In this document: positions 8,949 to 18,550 of the stretch, in pieces
Layout of the letters: the number at the start of each line of letters is the position of its first letter
How positions within the stretch are numbered: position 1 is the first letter of the stretch
From: a virus
Direction: 5' to 3' (one strand)
DNA: 64,000 nucleotides
IMG/VR virus record: IMGVR_UViG_3300035698_008781
Location: 1 to 64,000 of that record
Position numbers and translations under genes: made by a program
The notes under the pieces: model-generated
What the model was told of the DNA's origin: nothing
What the model saw: only the letters and a program-made list of their open reading frames with translations
Databases searched by the model: none

Positions 8949-11306
8949 CTAACTAATAGCTTTTTTTTGTTTAGATACTGCAATTTTCTTATCTTCTTTC
9001 TCCATTTTATCTTTATGCATTTTCATACTATCACTTAATGATTTCATTTTAACCATTAGATCATCTTTATGCTTTTGATAATCAAATGACATATCTTCAG
9101 AATCTACAGCCATGTTCTTATCATTAGATGTAATAATTGCTTTTTGTATATCTGTTTCAGCTTTAACATCAATTTCATAGATTTTAAGATCTCTATCAGC
9201 TTGTTTGCCTGCAGCTTCTTGTTCTATTTGAGCTTGAACGTTTTTATTTTGATCTTCAGATGCTTTTGCATTTCTTTCATTAACTTCATCTTCAGCATGT
9301 TCTATTTTTCTACGTATATCTGCTAATGATTGTGAAGTCATTATATCTATAACTGTAGCATAAGAACCACCATTTTGCAAGTAAGCTTGAGCTAATGTTT
9401 CTAAAGTATCTTTTACTTTTTTAAGATTTGTACTTGTAGAAACTACTAAACCATAATCCGCTTCATTAATTTCATTACCATCAATCTCAATTATTTGAGC
9501 AGATAATTCATCTGTAATAACTTGAAGCTTTTTCTTATTATCTTTAAGTGCAATCTTAGCTGTTTCTAAAAACATTATTAAAGCTCTTTTTTTAACATGC
9601 TCATGTTTCATATACCACCATTCAGTAATGTGTGAAGATTGAGTTACAGCTCTTTCAGCTCCACCTACAGTTTCTCTATTAGATATATTACCTTCACGTT
9701 GTCTAGATATACCTGCAATCTCACCCATCTCCATTTTAATAAACTCTAATAAGTTTATATGTTGCTGAATATAATTTCCTGTTTCTAAATCAATAGCTCT
9801 AGTATTAGCACCATTCATTTGTCCAGCAAGTTTACCTTGTGAGGCACCCATATTACCTTCTTTAAAACCATCCATAATACCTACACCTAATTTAGTAGCT
9901 TGAGCTAACCATTTTTCAGGTTCCCAACCATCAGGTATTAAAGATATATCAAGTAATAATATTTTACCTAAATTTTTAGCAATAGCTTTATTTACTCTAT
10001 CCCAAATTACATCATATAAGTATTGATAATTTTTCATTTTATCAACTAATGAAACAGCTCTTCCTTGATTTGTATTATATACTTCTCCTACAATACCAGG
10101 TCCACAAACAGATGGATTACTTAATCTATTATATTGAACAGGTTTAGGTCGCATTCTAATATAAATATCTTTTGCAATTTTAGTACCTTCCCACCATTCA
10201 TTAACCCATAGTGTAGTAATTTCTTCTCCTAAATCTGGATTAGGTATATATTCTTCAGAAACATATTTAAAGTCTTTTTCACCATACTCATCATAAAATT
10301 TTAATTTAAAAATTTTCTTTTGAGATCTCCAATAGACTCTTAATACTCTAAGATTTCCTGATGAATCAATATAATTTGAACTAAACTGATGACCATTAAC
10401 TTCAGCAATGTTAAGATATGAATTAACCATCTCATCATGACCATCTCTTAATAATAAGTGATTTTCATCATCTACAGTATATTTACCTTCACCTGTACTA
10501 TTTGATTCAGAATATTCTAATACTCTATCTAATTCAGAACCTTTCAATTCATCATAATAATAATCAACTATTTTACCAGGTGACCAGTGATCTTCTATAA
10601 CAATTAAATCTGAGTCTTCTATTTGAGAAGAGTTACTTGATCTAACAGAATGTACTTTTAAATTATTTAATTTTTCAAATGTAGGCTCACCTGATATAAT
10701 ATCAGATTGATAAATTTCTTCAGCATTGATGAAAGCATCTTTAATACCTTCATTAAATTTAAAATCAAAATTTAATTCTTCATAATAGTGTTTCATTAAA
10801 TGATTAACCATTCTTTCACGACTATCTTGAAAATTATATTTTAAATATTTTGCAAATTTTTGAAGTTCTTTTTCAGCATCTTCTTGAGATAAACCTTGTT
10901 GTATTATTGAAATTAACTTAGACTTAATCATTTCTGATTTTTCTTCTTCTTTCCTTGATATAGCATCAGGATTACTTACAGTAAAGAACCAATCAAATGG
11001 TCTATTAATTTCTTCACCTACTAATACATCAATTTTAGGAACCATTATAGGATGATGTGGAATCTGCCTTGTAATAAAGTCAGCATCAATACCTTGTGGG
11101 TTTAATGTATTTGCTATATCTTCAGGAGATACAATACCGTTATATAAATTTAAATTTATAATTCTATTTCTTAGAGTTTGTCTAACTCTTTCGTTATTAT
11201 AAAATGAAAATTTATCAGCATGATCTACATTATCCTTTCGCCATGTTTTTGTCTTTTGTTTATAAGCTAACTTCTGACGAGGCATTTTAGATATTATTGA
11301 ACTCAT
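8949..11306 (-). CDS. portal protein
   Basis: 785 aa; PKIDVLVGEEINRPF and VNEWWEGTKI crAss portal motifs; adjacent to TerL. Confidence 0.9.
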   Translation of the reverse strand: MSSIISKMPRQKLAYKQKTKTWRKDNVDHADKFSFYNNERVRQTLRNRIINLNLYNGIVSPEDIANTLNPQGIDADFITRQIPHHPIMVPKIDVLVGEEINRPFDWFFTVSNPDAISRKEEEKSEMIKSKLISIIQQGLSQEDAEKELQKFAKYLKYNFQDSRERMVNHLMKHYYEELNFDFKFNEGIKDAFINAEEIYQSDIISGEPTFEKLNNLKVHSVRSSNSSQIEDSDLIVIEDHWSPGKIVDYYYDELKGSELDRVLEYSESNSTGEGKYTVDDENHLLLRDGHDEMVNSYLNIAEVNGHQFSSNYIDSSGNLRVLRVYWRSQKKIFKLKFYDEYGEKDFKYVSEEYIPNPDLGEEITTLWVNEWWEGTKIAKDIYIRMRPKPVQYNRLSNPSVCGPGIVGEVYNTNQGRAVSLVDKMKNYQYLYDVIWDRVNKAIAKNLGKILLLDISLIPDGWEPEKWLAQATKLGVGIMDGFKEGNMGASQGKLAGQMNGANTRAIDLETGNYIQQHINLLEFIKMEMGEIAGISRQREGNISNRETVGGAERAVTQSSHITEWWYMKHEHVKKRALIMFLETAKIALKDNKKKLQVITDELSAQIIEIDGNEINEADYGLVVSTSTNLKKVKDTLETLAQAYLQNGGSYATVIDIMTSQSLADIRRKIEHAEDEVNERNAKASEDQNKNVQAQIEQEAAGKQADRDLKIYEIDVKAETDIQKAIITSNDKNMAVDSEDMSFDYQKHKDDLMVKMKSLSDSMKMHKDKMEKEDKKIAVSKQKKAIS

Positions 11307-11329
11307 TGATTATATTTTTTATTAATTTA

Positions 11330-11337
11330 CAAATATA
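11330..11337 (-). promoter_or_regulatory. Bacteroidota-type -7 promoter element upstream of portal
   Basis: TATATTTG on the minus strand, intergenic. Confidence 0.5.
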
Positions 11338-11387
11338 ACAAAATTATATTGTATATTTTTAATTATTTAGCGATTTAAAATAGCTAA

Positions 11388-13694
11388 CTAATCAAACATA
11401 CTTTTATACATATCATTATTATTACTTGTTTTATTACCATAAACTCCTTCAAAAAATTTACTATTTGACCATGAGTTTTTAGTTTTAGTTTCTAGTTTCT
11501 TTAAAGATTGTCTTTGTCTTAACTTATCTTCTCTTAAAATAAAAAGCATATTTGCTGCTGATACCCTATCAAAGTTACCATCATGATTCCATACAATACA
11601 TTCTTCTAAATAACCTAATGATCTAATTGTATGTAAGTTAAGTTTATTACTTTCCTCTTCTTGAGTATAAGCTTCTGTTAACATCCAACTTACTTGTAGT
11701 TGTCTACCCCAAGCATTAATAGGTTTTGTAGATCTAGTACCTTTAGGGTTAGTTAATGATGGTTTAAGCATATCCATATCTTTTAGTATTTCTGGAGTAT
11801 CTGCTAAATAACTTAATGCATTTTTATGTTTAAAGTAAGTATGAATACCTTTAAGGTTATTTTCATAGTTAGCCTGTGCGTTATAAAAAATACATAATTT
11901 AAGAGCAACTTCATAACATTGTTCTGCTTTTGGATATCTACCAGTATATTCTGCTACAATTCTATCTGTAAGTAAATCCATTACTAATATACTAAATAAT
12001 GATTGCCCATCATCAGCATCAATAGGGTCAATACCAGCAATATATCTACCAGTTTGTATTTTACCATCTGCACCTCTTTTAGGTAATTCAAATATTTCAA
12101 CAGCACCTATTCTACTTAACTTACCTACTTCATTAGTTCTAATAGGTTTTAAATCAGCATTAGGTACCCATTTAATTCCTTCTACTGCATCATATATTAA
12201 TTCACCTACATAATGCTGAGAAAGAAATCTTTGCTCTTCAGGTTTAATTGAATTTAAATAATCCGCTAGATCTCCTACAGGAAATATAGTACCTTCAACT
12301 CTCATTATGGCTTCTTGAGGTGTAATAGGTTTCTCTGCTCTGGCTTGTGTTAAAGCAGCTATATCAAATGAATTTTTAGCAATTAAATGTCTATTTTCTA
12401 TAACTTCAATTAATGCTTTAATAACATCAGGTTCACCTGTAACTTCATCATAACATCTGTGTCTATTCATATAAGCTCCCCAAAAGAAACCACACTTAAC
12501 AGAGTTTTGTACATTTTTATCATATACATTATTTACACCATAGATATTATAACCTTCTGGTTTATAGAATAATTTTCTAGAACCTTCAAAAGAAGCACCT
12601 TCAGTACCACCTGTTCCTCCTGCCAACATAAATCCAAAAGATGAACTTCCTGATTCTACTGCTTCTCTATTTATACCCCATGCTGTTTCTAAATCTGGAA
12701 ATAAACCATCTTCTTCATATTGTATAAATGGTCCACGAATACCCCTTGCTTTCTCAGGATTATCTTTTAATGATATACCTGTAACAGAAGTTTGTTTACC
12801 TTTCATTGTACCATACTTATCCATATAACCTAACTTAATTTCCATAGCAGCAATTGAGTTTTTATATCTAATTTTAGGTAAAGGTGTATGTGTAGCAATC
12901 CAATCTAAGTTTTCTACCACTTTACCAAAAACACCTTTATCTCCTGATAAAAAAGTTTTTTCAGAAGCTAAATGAAAGTTAATCATACGTGCACCTGTAT
13001 AAATATACATATTACAAGGTGATATTGCTGCGGCTTTAAATGACCAACCACACCCCCTCATTTTTAGTAACTTACCATGTTGACCTGCTTGTCTTAATTT
13101 ATCTATATAATGAAAAAATAAATAATCTCCTAACCAAGGTTTTGGAAATTGTCTAACACTTTTTGCTTTTTGACGTTTTTTATTTTTACTTTTCTCATCT
13201 TCTTCAACTAACCAAATAGGAGCGTAATTCCAATAGTAATATAAATAACCTGGTATCCATTCACCATCAGATGGTCTAATAACACCTTCTTCCCATTTAC
13301 GCAACTCTTCTTTCCAAAATAATGCATACTCGGATTTAGGATTAGGATTAGGTGGTATATCTGTATACTTACCATACTTATCAAAAAAGATGGCTCTTTC
13401 TCTAAAATAATCCATATCCTCTAATATATGAGGTTTTGTTATATCTACTATAATTCTATCATCATAATAAAATTTATTTTCATCATCATCATCTAATGAT
13501 GTATATCGTAGCATATCTTTAGCGTAACCTCTTACTTTTTCTGAAGAAATTAAGTGCTTTATGAAAGGTATTGTTTCTATGTATTCAATCAACTCATCTT
13601 TGACTTTACTATTAATATTATCAGGAATTTGTGATTGATAACTATTCATTTTATAAAAATCCATCTTCAAACATTGCTTTATCTTGTGAACCAA
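11388..13694 (-). CDS. terL: terminase large subunit
   Basis: KMRGCGWS Walker A variant, YEEDG Walker B, GGTGG, YIAGIDP RNase H-like nuclease, GNFDRVSA; true start probably slightly downstream (MDFYK). Confidence 0.9.
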   Translation of the reverse strand: MVHKIKQCLKMDFYKMNSYQSQIPDNINSKVKDELIEYIETIPFIKHLISSEKVRGYAKDMLRYTSLDDDDENKFYYDDRIIVDITKPHILEDMDYFRERAIFFDKYGKYTDIPPNPNPKSEYALFWKEELRKWEEGVIRPSDGEWIPGYLYYYWNYAPIWLVEEDEKSKNKKRQKAKSVRQFPKPWLGDYLFFHYIDKLRQAGQHGKLLKMRGCGWSFKAAAISPCNMYIYTGARMINFHLASEKTFLSGDKGVFGKVVENLDWIATHTPLPKIRYKNSIAAMEIKLGYMDKYGTMKGKQTSVTGISLKDNPEKARGIRGPFIQYEEDGLFPDLETAWGINREAVESGSSSFGFMLAGGTGGTEGASFEGSRKLFYKPEGYNIYGVNNVYDKNVQNSVKCGFFWGAYMNRHRCYDEVTGEPDVIKALIEVIENRHLIAKNSFDIAALTQARAEKPITPQEAIMRVEGTIFPVGDLADYLNSIKPEEQRFLSQHYVGELIYDAVEGIKWVPNADLKPIRTNEVGKLSRIGAVEIFELPKRGADGKIQTGRYIAGIDPIDADDGQSLFSILVMDLLTDRIVAEYTGRYPKAEQCYEVALKLCIFYNAQANYENNLKGIHTYFKHKNALSYLADTPEILKDMDMLKPSLTNPKGTRSTKPINAWGRQLQVSWMLTEAYTQEEESNKLNLHTIRSLGYLEECIVWNHDGNFDRVSAANMLFILREDKLRQRQSLKKLETKTKNSWSNSKFFEGVYGNKTSNNNDMYKSMFD

Positions 13695-14193
13695 CTTTAT
13701 CTGATTTTTCAGATACTTCTTTTAATACTGTTTGTTCTAATTGCTGAAGTGACTTTACAATAGCTGGCATTTTACTTAAACCACTTGCAATTTGATCTAT
13801 TTCTTTTAATGTAAGTTCATCATCACCTACTAATTTTTTCATCTTATCAGAAACTGTATTTGCTATAAATAAACTATTAGCTAATATAGAAGAAGAAACT
13901 GTCTTACTTCTTTCTTTATAAAATTCCATAGCTTCAGTTACTAACTTACTTTTTTTCCAATCTTTAGGTAGTTTTAAATCCTTTTTTAGCTCAATCTCTT
14001 TTTCATCAACATTTGTTATATAATTATAATCTGATTTTACATCACAAGAAAACCATATAAAAGCTAGTTCTTTTATAGCTAAATCTTTAACTTTAGTTTT
14101 ATCGTTTTTAATTATATTATTAAATGGTTCTAATAAATAAGCTTCTTCCTTAATAACTATATCATAGTTACTGTTTAATTCAAATAGTTTCAT
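13651..14193 (-). CDS. putative terminase small subunit
   Basis: 180 aa helical protein immediately upstream of and overlapping TerL. Confidence 0.45.
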   Translation of the reverse strand: MKLFELNSNYDIVIKEEAYLLEPFNNIIKNDKTKVKDLAIKELAFIWFSCDVKSDYNYITNVDEKEIELKKDLKLPKDWKKSKLVTEAMEFYKERSKTVSSSILANSLFIANTVSDKMKKLVGDDELTLKEIDQIASGLSKMPAIVKSLQQLEQTVLKEVSEKSDKVGSQDKAMFEDGFL

Positions 14194-14441
14194 TTAAATC
14201 CTATATTTTTATTATTAGTTTCTCTAATTTGTGTAACCCAATCTTTCCAATTCCCTTTAACTCTATGTTGTTTTCCGTATATATCAGTTAACATAGTTAT
14301 ATTTTTGTATAAAGCCCCATAGTCGTTAAACAAGGGGCTAATTTCATGTATACTTTGCTTAGGAATGTCAGTGGGTAACACCATGTTCTCTATAAGATCA
14401 CCATCTTCTGTTTCAAAATTTACATATTTATATACTATCAT
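14190..14441 (-). CDS. hypothetical protein
   Basis: 83-aa ORF coupled to its neighbours. Confidence 0.6.
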   Translation of the reverse strand: MIVYKYVNFETEDGDLIENMVLPTDIPKQSIHEISPLFNDYGALYKNITMLTDIYGKQHRVKGNWKDWVTQIRETNNKNIGFK

Positions 14442-14446
14442 TAATT

Positions 14447-14986
14447 TTACATTTTAATCATTCCTGAACCAGTTGCTGTTTTTAACAATATACCTGTATC
14501 ATTAGCTTTAACGTCTTTAAACATTTCAGCTTTTTTACTTTCAATATTTTTAACACTATTATTAATTTCTTCCTGTTCTAATGTAAATTCAAGTAATGAC
14601 TTATATGACTTAACTGTTTCTGGTAAAGAATTATAATCTGGAATAATACCTTCAATCTCTCTAGAATTAATTTTAATATAAACATCTTCATATCCTGGTA
14701 CAGAAAAGAAAGGTATTACAATTTCTTCTTTTAACATATCATGTCCTCCAATACCAGCTTTAATTTGAGATTTAATTTTAACAGTTTGAATAAAGTTATT
14801 CATATTCATCATAACCCAATCGCCTACTTCAATACCTTGAACATCAGGACCTATAACCATTACTTGCTGTATTTCTTTAATCTCAGGTGCTTGTTTACCT
14901 ACATAAATTGCACTTTTTTCTTTCTTTACTAAATTACTTGTTACTAAAATATAACTTCCTCTTGGTATAAAATTTACTTTACTCAT
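14447..14986 (-). CDS. GroES-like co-chaperonin
   Basis: FIPRGSYILV...VMVIGPDVQGIEVGDWV resembles the Cpn10 signature. Confidence 0.6.
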   Translation of the reverse strand: MSKVNFIPRGSYILVTSNLVKKEKSAIYVGKQAPEIKEIQQVMVIGPDVQGIEVGDWVMMNMNNFIQTVKIKSQIKAGIGGHDMLKEEIVIPFFSVPGYEDVYIKINSREIEGIIPDYNSLPETVKSYKSLLEFTLEQEEINNSVKNIESKKAEMFKDVKANDTGILLKTATGSGMIKM

Positions 14987-15266
14987 CTTCTTTATTATTT
15001 AATCTATTTAATTTATTTTGTGTTAATCTTTTTAATTTTTGTACTTTATTCCATGTGGTAAAAAACTTACCAATATACTTGAAATAAAATGTTGTTTTTA
15101 ATGCATCAAATTCTTCTTTAGTTTCTATAGTCTTTAAAGGTAGTTCGCTAACTATTTTTCTATAAAATTTAAACTGACTATTAAACATATCCTCTACTAT
15201 ACTTTCAGGAAGATTATATTTACGTGCTACTTCTTTAATTTTATATTTAAATTTTATATTAACCAT
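14979..15266 (-). CDS. IHF/HU-like DNA-binding protein
   Basis: basic; IKEVARKYNLPESIVED...FYFKYIGKF HU/IHF pattern as in crAss IHF-like genes. Confidence 0.65.
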   Translation of the reverse strand: MVNIKFKYKIKEVARKYNLPESIVEDMFNSQFKFYRKIVSELPLKTIETKEEFDALKTTFYFKYIGKFFTTWNKVQKLKRLTQNKLNRLNNKEDE

Positions 15267-15645
15267 TTATTTCAAATTTATATATTAATGAAAAATTATT
15301 TGAATTTTCTAAATCAAATACTGGTACAAATGATTTATTTACTTTATTACCTATAATTACTTTTTCTTTTCTTAACTTATATAATAAGTTATTAAATATC
15401 TGATCTGATTTAATATTCATTTTATCTTTGATTTTAGATTTTGTATCATAATCAAAAGTTAATTTCCAAGCTAAATTATCATCTGATATTTCTTTTTTAA
15501 ATTTAAAATAATTATATAATAACAATGCTACAAGTTCTAATTTTTGATTAGTTAACTTATGTAGTGGTTTAGTTAATACTAACCAATGTTTGAAAAAGTT
15601 TTTTTCATTTGTTTTAATTAATGCTTGTTTTGTGTTCATAGCCAT
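15259..15645 (-). CDS. conserved hypothetical protein (possible winged helix)
   Basis: 128 aa; C-terminal helix-turn-helix/wing-like segment. Confidence 0.5.
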   Translation of the reverse strand: MAMNTKQALIKTNEKNFFKHWLVLTKPLHKLTNQKLELVALLLYNYFKFKKEISDDNLAWKLTFDYDTKSKIKDKMNIKSDQIFNNLLYKLRKEKVIIGNKVNKSFVPVFDLENSNNFSLIYKFEING

Positions 15646-15938
15646 CTATTAGGATATTTGTTTAAATAATGGAATATTGTTTTATGAACTTCCACTTCAT
15701 TTATACTGTTTTTACATAAAGGACATATATCATTTCCTTCTTCATCAATTACTAATGCTAAATTTTGACAATGTATGCATGATATAACAGGTTCACTATC
15801 ATAATCAGTATCATCATCTATTTTATTTTTAATAATATCTATAATTTCAGTATCAATAATTGGAAAAGGACTTAAATTATTTATTTTTTTAAAATAATTA
15901 TATAATCTTTCCATTTCATTTTTTTTTATTTTACTCAT
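15636..15938 (-). CDS. zinc-ribbon protein
   Basis: CIHC...CPLC motifs. Confidence 0.55.
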   Translation of the reverse strand: MSKIKKNEMERLYNYFKKINNLSPFPIIDTEIIDIIKNKIDDDTDYDSEPVISCIHCQNLALVIDEEGNDICPLCKNSINEVEVHKTIFHYLNKYPNRWL

Positions 15939-16113
15939 TGTATACTTTTATTTCTAAGAGCCATTCACTATCTATATACTCTTGCTTAATATATAATTTA
16001 TATTTTAAACGTTTAAGTAGTTTAGATAATGATATGACAATTTCATTTCTTTTATTTCTTAATTGATCTTCAGTTGTAAACTTATTTACGTACTGTACTA
16101 TTCCATTCATCAT
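15931..16113 (-). CDS. hypothetical protein
   Basis: 60-aa ORF within the operon. Confidence 0.5.
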   Translation of the reverse strand: MMNGIVQYVNKFTTEDQLRNKRNEIVISLSKLLKRLKYKLYIKQEYIDSEWLLEIKVYNE

Positions 16114-16133
16114 TCCAATATATAAATTCTTCG

Positions 16134-16802
16134 TTATTTTTCATTTTCTAAATAATTAATTATTTTAGTTAATACTGGATTTCTATGATTAGCTACTAAT
16201 GTTTTAAAACCTACTAATCCTGAATCCTCTAATCTTAATGCTGCACTAATACAACTGTTTTTTCCAAGTAATCTTGATATTTGTTGTTTAGAACCACAAA
16301 AAATCATTTTACTACCTTCACCTAATCTAGTTAATATAGTTCTGAAATCTTCATAATCCATATCTTGGAATTCATCTACAATAACAACTGACTTCATAAA
16401 TGTAACACCTTTAGCTACTTCAATTGGCATAATTTTAATTAAACCTTCCTTAACCATTTTATCAGTAGTTTCTTTACCTTGACATACTTCTAAGTTTTGA
16501 ATAATAGGGAATATATAAGGTGATAATTTATCTTCAATCTCACCAGGTAATGCTCCTAAGTTATTCTTTAACATAGGTCTTGTAATCCAAATGTTATTAA
16601 ACTGTTTTTTTCTAAATGCAGTAACTGCTGTGTGCACTGCTGCTAATGACTTACCTGAACCAAAATCCCCTAATAAAAAGTTAACATCATATTCATAAAA
16701 CATTCTAACAAAATCTTTTTGTTCTTCGTTAAGAGTAACTTGTAATTTAGGTTCACTTTTTAAACCTCTTTTGTCCATATTATCTTTCTTATATGTAGCC
16801 AT
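16134..16802 (-). CDS. phoH: PhoH-like ATPase
   Basis: GDFGSGKS, ITRP, LGALPG, IVDEFQ, LTRLGEGSK and HRNP PhoH motifs. Confidence 0.9.
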   Translation of the reverse strand: MATYKKDNMDKRGLKSEPKLQVTLNEEQKDFVRMFYEYDVNFLLGDFGSGKSLAAVHTAVTAFRKKQFNNIWITRPMLKNNLGALPGEIEDKLSPYIFPIIQNLEVCQGKETTDKMVKEGLIKIMPIEVAKGVTFMKSVVIVDEFQDMDYEDFRTILTRLGEGSKMIFCGSKQQISRLLGKNSCISAALRLEDSGLVGFKTLVANHRNPVLTKIINYLENEK

Positions 16803-17086
16803 TAAATATTATTTTTAATTTTAAATTCCTCCCATTCTTTTCTATTCGTTATATCTGGAAACCTTTCTGGATTACAACTTGTTAAATTAAATACTTTACC
16901 AGGAAAATCACATCCACATTTTATACAACAACCTTGTTTAGCACAATCATTTTTACATAAAAATAATCTATACTTAATTTGTTCTTGTTGATGTGGTGGT
17001 AAACCTACTAATTTATCTTTAATTAATCTACCGTAACCTTCAAAAAAGTTATATATATTATTCCATGTTATCTTCTTGCTCATCAA
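16802..17086 (-). CDS. small Cys-rich protein
   Basis: RLFLC..C...CCIKCGC motif. Confidence 0.55.
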   Translation of the reverse strand: MMSKKITWNNIYNFFEGYGRLIKDKLVGLPPHQQEQIKYRLFLCKNDCAKQGCCIKCGCDFPGKVFNLTSCNPERFPDITNRKEWEEFKIKNNI

Positions 17087-17276
17087 CTTTTTTCTTTAAG
17101 TGTTCTATATAGTCTTTCATTGCAAAGTAAAATATTTCTCTTTCAGTCTGAAAAGAATTTTTACTTCTTTTAGAATTATTAAATGGTCTATTTAATTTAT
17201 TACCATATTCATCAATATTACCTTTCTTTAATTTTCTACTAATACTTTGTCCTTTATTATTTACCCCTTTACCCAT
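17058..17276 (-). CDS. hypothetical basic protein
   Basis: 72-aa ORF. Confidence 0.5.
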   Translation of the reverse strand: MGKGVNNKGQSISRKLKKGNIDEYGNKLNRPFNNSKRSKNSFQTEREIFYFAMKDYIEHLKKKVDEQEDNME

Positions 17277-17284
17277 TGTGTTTA

Positions 17285-17452
17285 TTAAAAATTAATAATT
17301 ATATTCATAAATAAGAATCCTATAATTAATCTAGCTCCTTCATAACTATCTACTACTTCATCTGTTTCAGGATCTATTTCATCATATATTCCTTGTTCAT
17401 AATGTATACCTAAAGTACACTCATCTTTGTTAAAAAATTCTATGTTTATCAT
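17285..17452 (-). CDS. small hypothetical protein (not in ORF track)
   Basis: 55 aa MINIEFFNKDECTLGIHYEQG...GFLFMNIIINF directly below a consensus promoter. Confidence 0.55.
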   Translation of the reverse strand: MINIEFFNKDECTLGIHYEQGIYDEIDPETDEVVDSYEGARLIIGFLFMNIIINF

Positions 17453-17472
17453 ATGTTTAAATATTTATAGTA

Positions 17473-17504
17473 CAAATATATATTAAATATTTTACAATTC
17501 CAAA
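17473..17504 (-). promoter_or_regulatory. Bacteroidota primary-sigma promoter (-33 TTTG, N20, -7 TATATTTG)
   Basis: CAAATATA at 17473-80 and CAAA at 17501-04 on the + strand. Confidence 0.75.
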
Positions 17505-17526
17505 TATTTTGTTAATTATTTTAAAT

Positions 17527-17559
17527 AAAAAAACCTGTAACTAATAAAAGCACAGGTTT
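17527..17559 (-). terminator. intrinsic terminator
   Basis: AAACCTGT/ACAGGTTT stem followed by a U-run on the minus strand. Confidence 0.6.
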
Positions 17560-17599
17560 AGTCTTTATAATAACTATATAAGTTATATAAATTATATTA

Positions 17600-17880
17600 A
17601 AACTTTATTATCTAATAGATATAAGAACCCCTGGTCATGTGCTGGTATTGCACCGACAGGTAAATTTTATATGACTTTCCTTTTAACAGTTCTGCTTATA
17701 ATAAGCTACCCAGAATTACTTTAAAAACCATTCCCTTATAGGTACATGTAATTCAATTAAAAGATTATAGTCATATCAGGACTACCTAGATTCAAACATT
17801 CTTATATTACCTTCATGCACCTACGCCCTTACTTGTTCAAGGTGATAGCTTTAGGTTGACATTTCATACAATAAGAATTA
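17600..17880 (-). ncRNA. putative structured non-coding RNA of unknown family
   Basis: ORF-free, GC-richer than its flanks, multiple nested helices, bounded by its own promoter and terminator. Confidence 0.55.
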
Positions 17881-17887
17881 TGTTTTG

Positions 17888-17919
17888 CAAATATACAACA
17901 TTATTTTGTAAAAAGCAAA
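17888..17919 (-). promoter_or_regulatory. Bacteroidota primary-sigma promoter (-33 TTTG, N20, -7 TATATTTG)
   Basis: CAAATATA at 17888-95 and CAAA at 17916-19 on the + strand. Confidence 0.75.
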
Positions 17920-17933
17920 TTTATTTACAGATG

Positions 17934-18134
17934 TTAAATAGCTAACACGTTAATAGTTTCAGATGCTAATATAACATTATCATCATAATTAGAGAATAAT
18001 AATAATCTCAATCTCTCATATTCTTCATCATTTATTATCTCAGACTTACATAATAATATTAATTTAGTTGTAGCTTCGTTTCTAATATTAAATAGTTTAG
18101 TTGGATATCTCATTTTATCAATATTACTTTTCAT
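17934..18134 (-). CDS. small protein of the LxSxDxxNxxLA paralog family
   Basis: C-terminal LLLFSNYDDNVILASETI. Confidence 0.55.
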   Translation of the reverse strand: MKSNIDKMRYPTKLFNIRNEATTKLILLCKSEIINDEEYERLRLLLFSNYDDNVILASETINVLAI

Positions 18135-18364
18135 TACATATATGTTTTAAGTATTTCTATTGCTAGTGAACAATTAAGTTCATCTTTAGATTCTATAAGA
18201 GTTCTTATTTCATCAGTCTTATATTCTTTAAAGTATTTCCTAACTCCAAACATAAACTCTGATTCTAATTCATCTAACATGTGTTTAGCTTTTGTATATT
18301 TAGATTTCCATATAACATTATTAATATTTATAGTAGGAAATTTTTCACATTCTTCTGTTATCAT
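18134..18364 (-). CDS. small protein of the LxSxDxxNxxLA paralog family
   Basis: C-terminal TLIESKDELNCSLAIEIL. Confidence 0.55.
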   Translation of the reverse strand: MITEECEKFPTININNVIWKSKYTKAKHMLDELESEFMFGVRKYFKEYKTDEIRTLIESKDELNCSLAIEILKTYM

Positions 18365-18383
18365 ATATTCTTATTTAATATAG

Positions 18384-18415
18384 CTAAGATAATACTAATA
18401 AATGAGAATTCCAAA
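18384..18415 (-). promoter_or_regulatory. variant Bacteroidota promoter (TTTG-N20-TATCTTAG)
   Basis: same spacing as the other two full promoters; heads the minus-strand block. Confidence 0.45.
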
Positions 18416-18550
18416 TTTTTTTAATTTTTTTAAAATTTTCTTTCTTGAATACGTGACATAAACTAACAAACCCACCCCACTCTTTTTAAATTTTGTATAG
18501 TCCCCGCCATAGGACTACAATAGTTATAAAAACACTTAAATCATTTTATT

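Noticed and set aside
11388-13694. Intein or intron in TerL (also checked RNR and primase)
   Set aside because: Lengths are normal for crAss-like homologues, and no C...HN splice motifs or frame breaks were seen.
17660-17690. RNase P RNA, suggested by AAGGAAAGTC on the minus strand
   Set aside because: It lies in the 3' part of the transcript, and I found no matching 3' P4 strand or other conserved regions.
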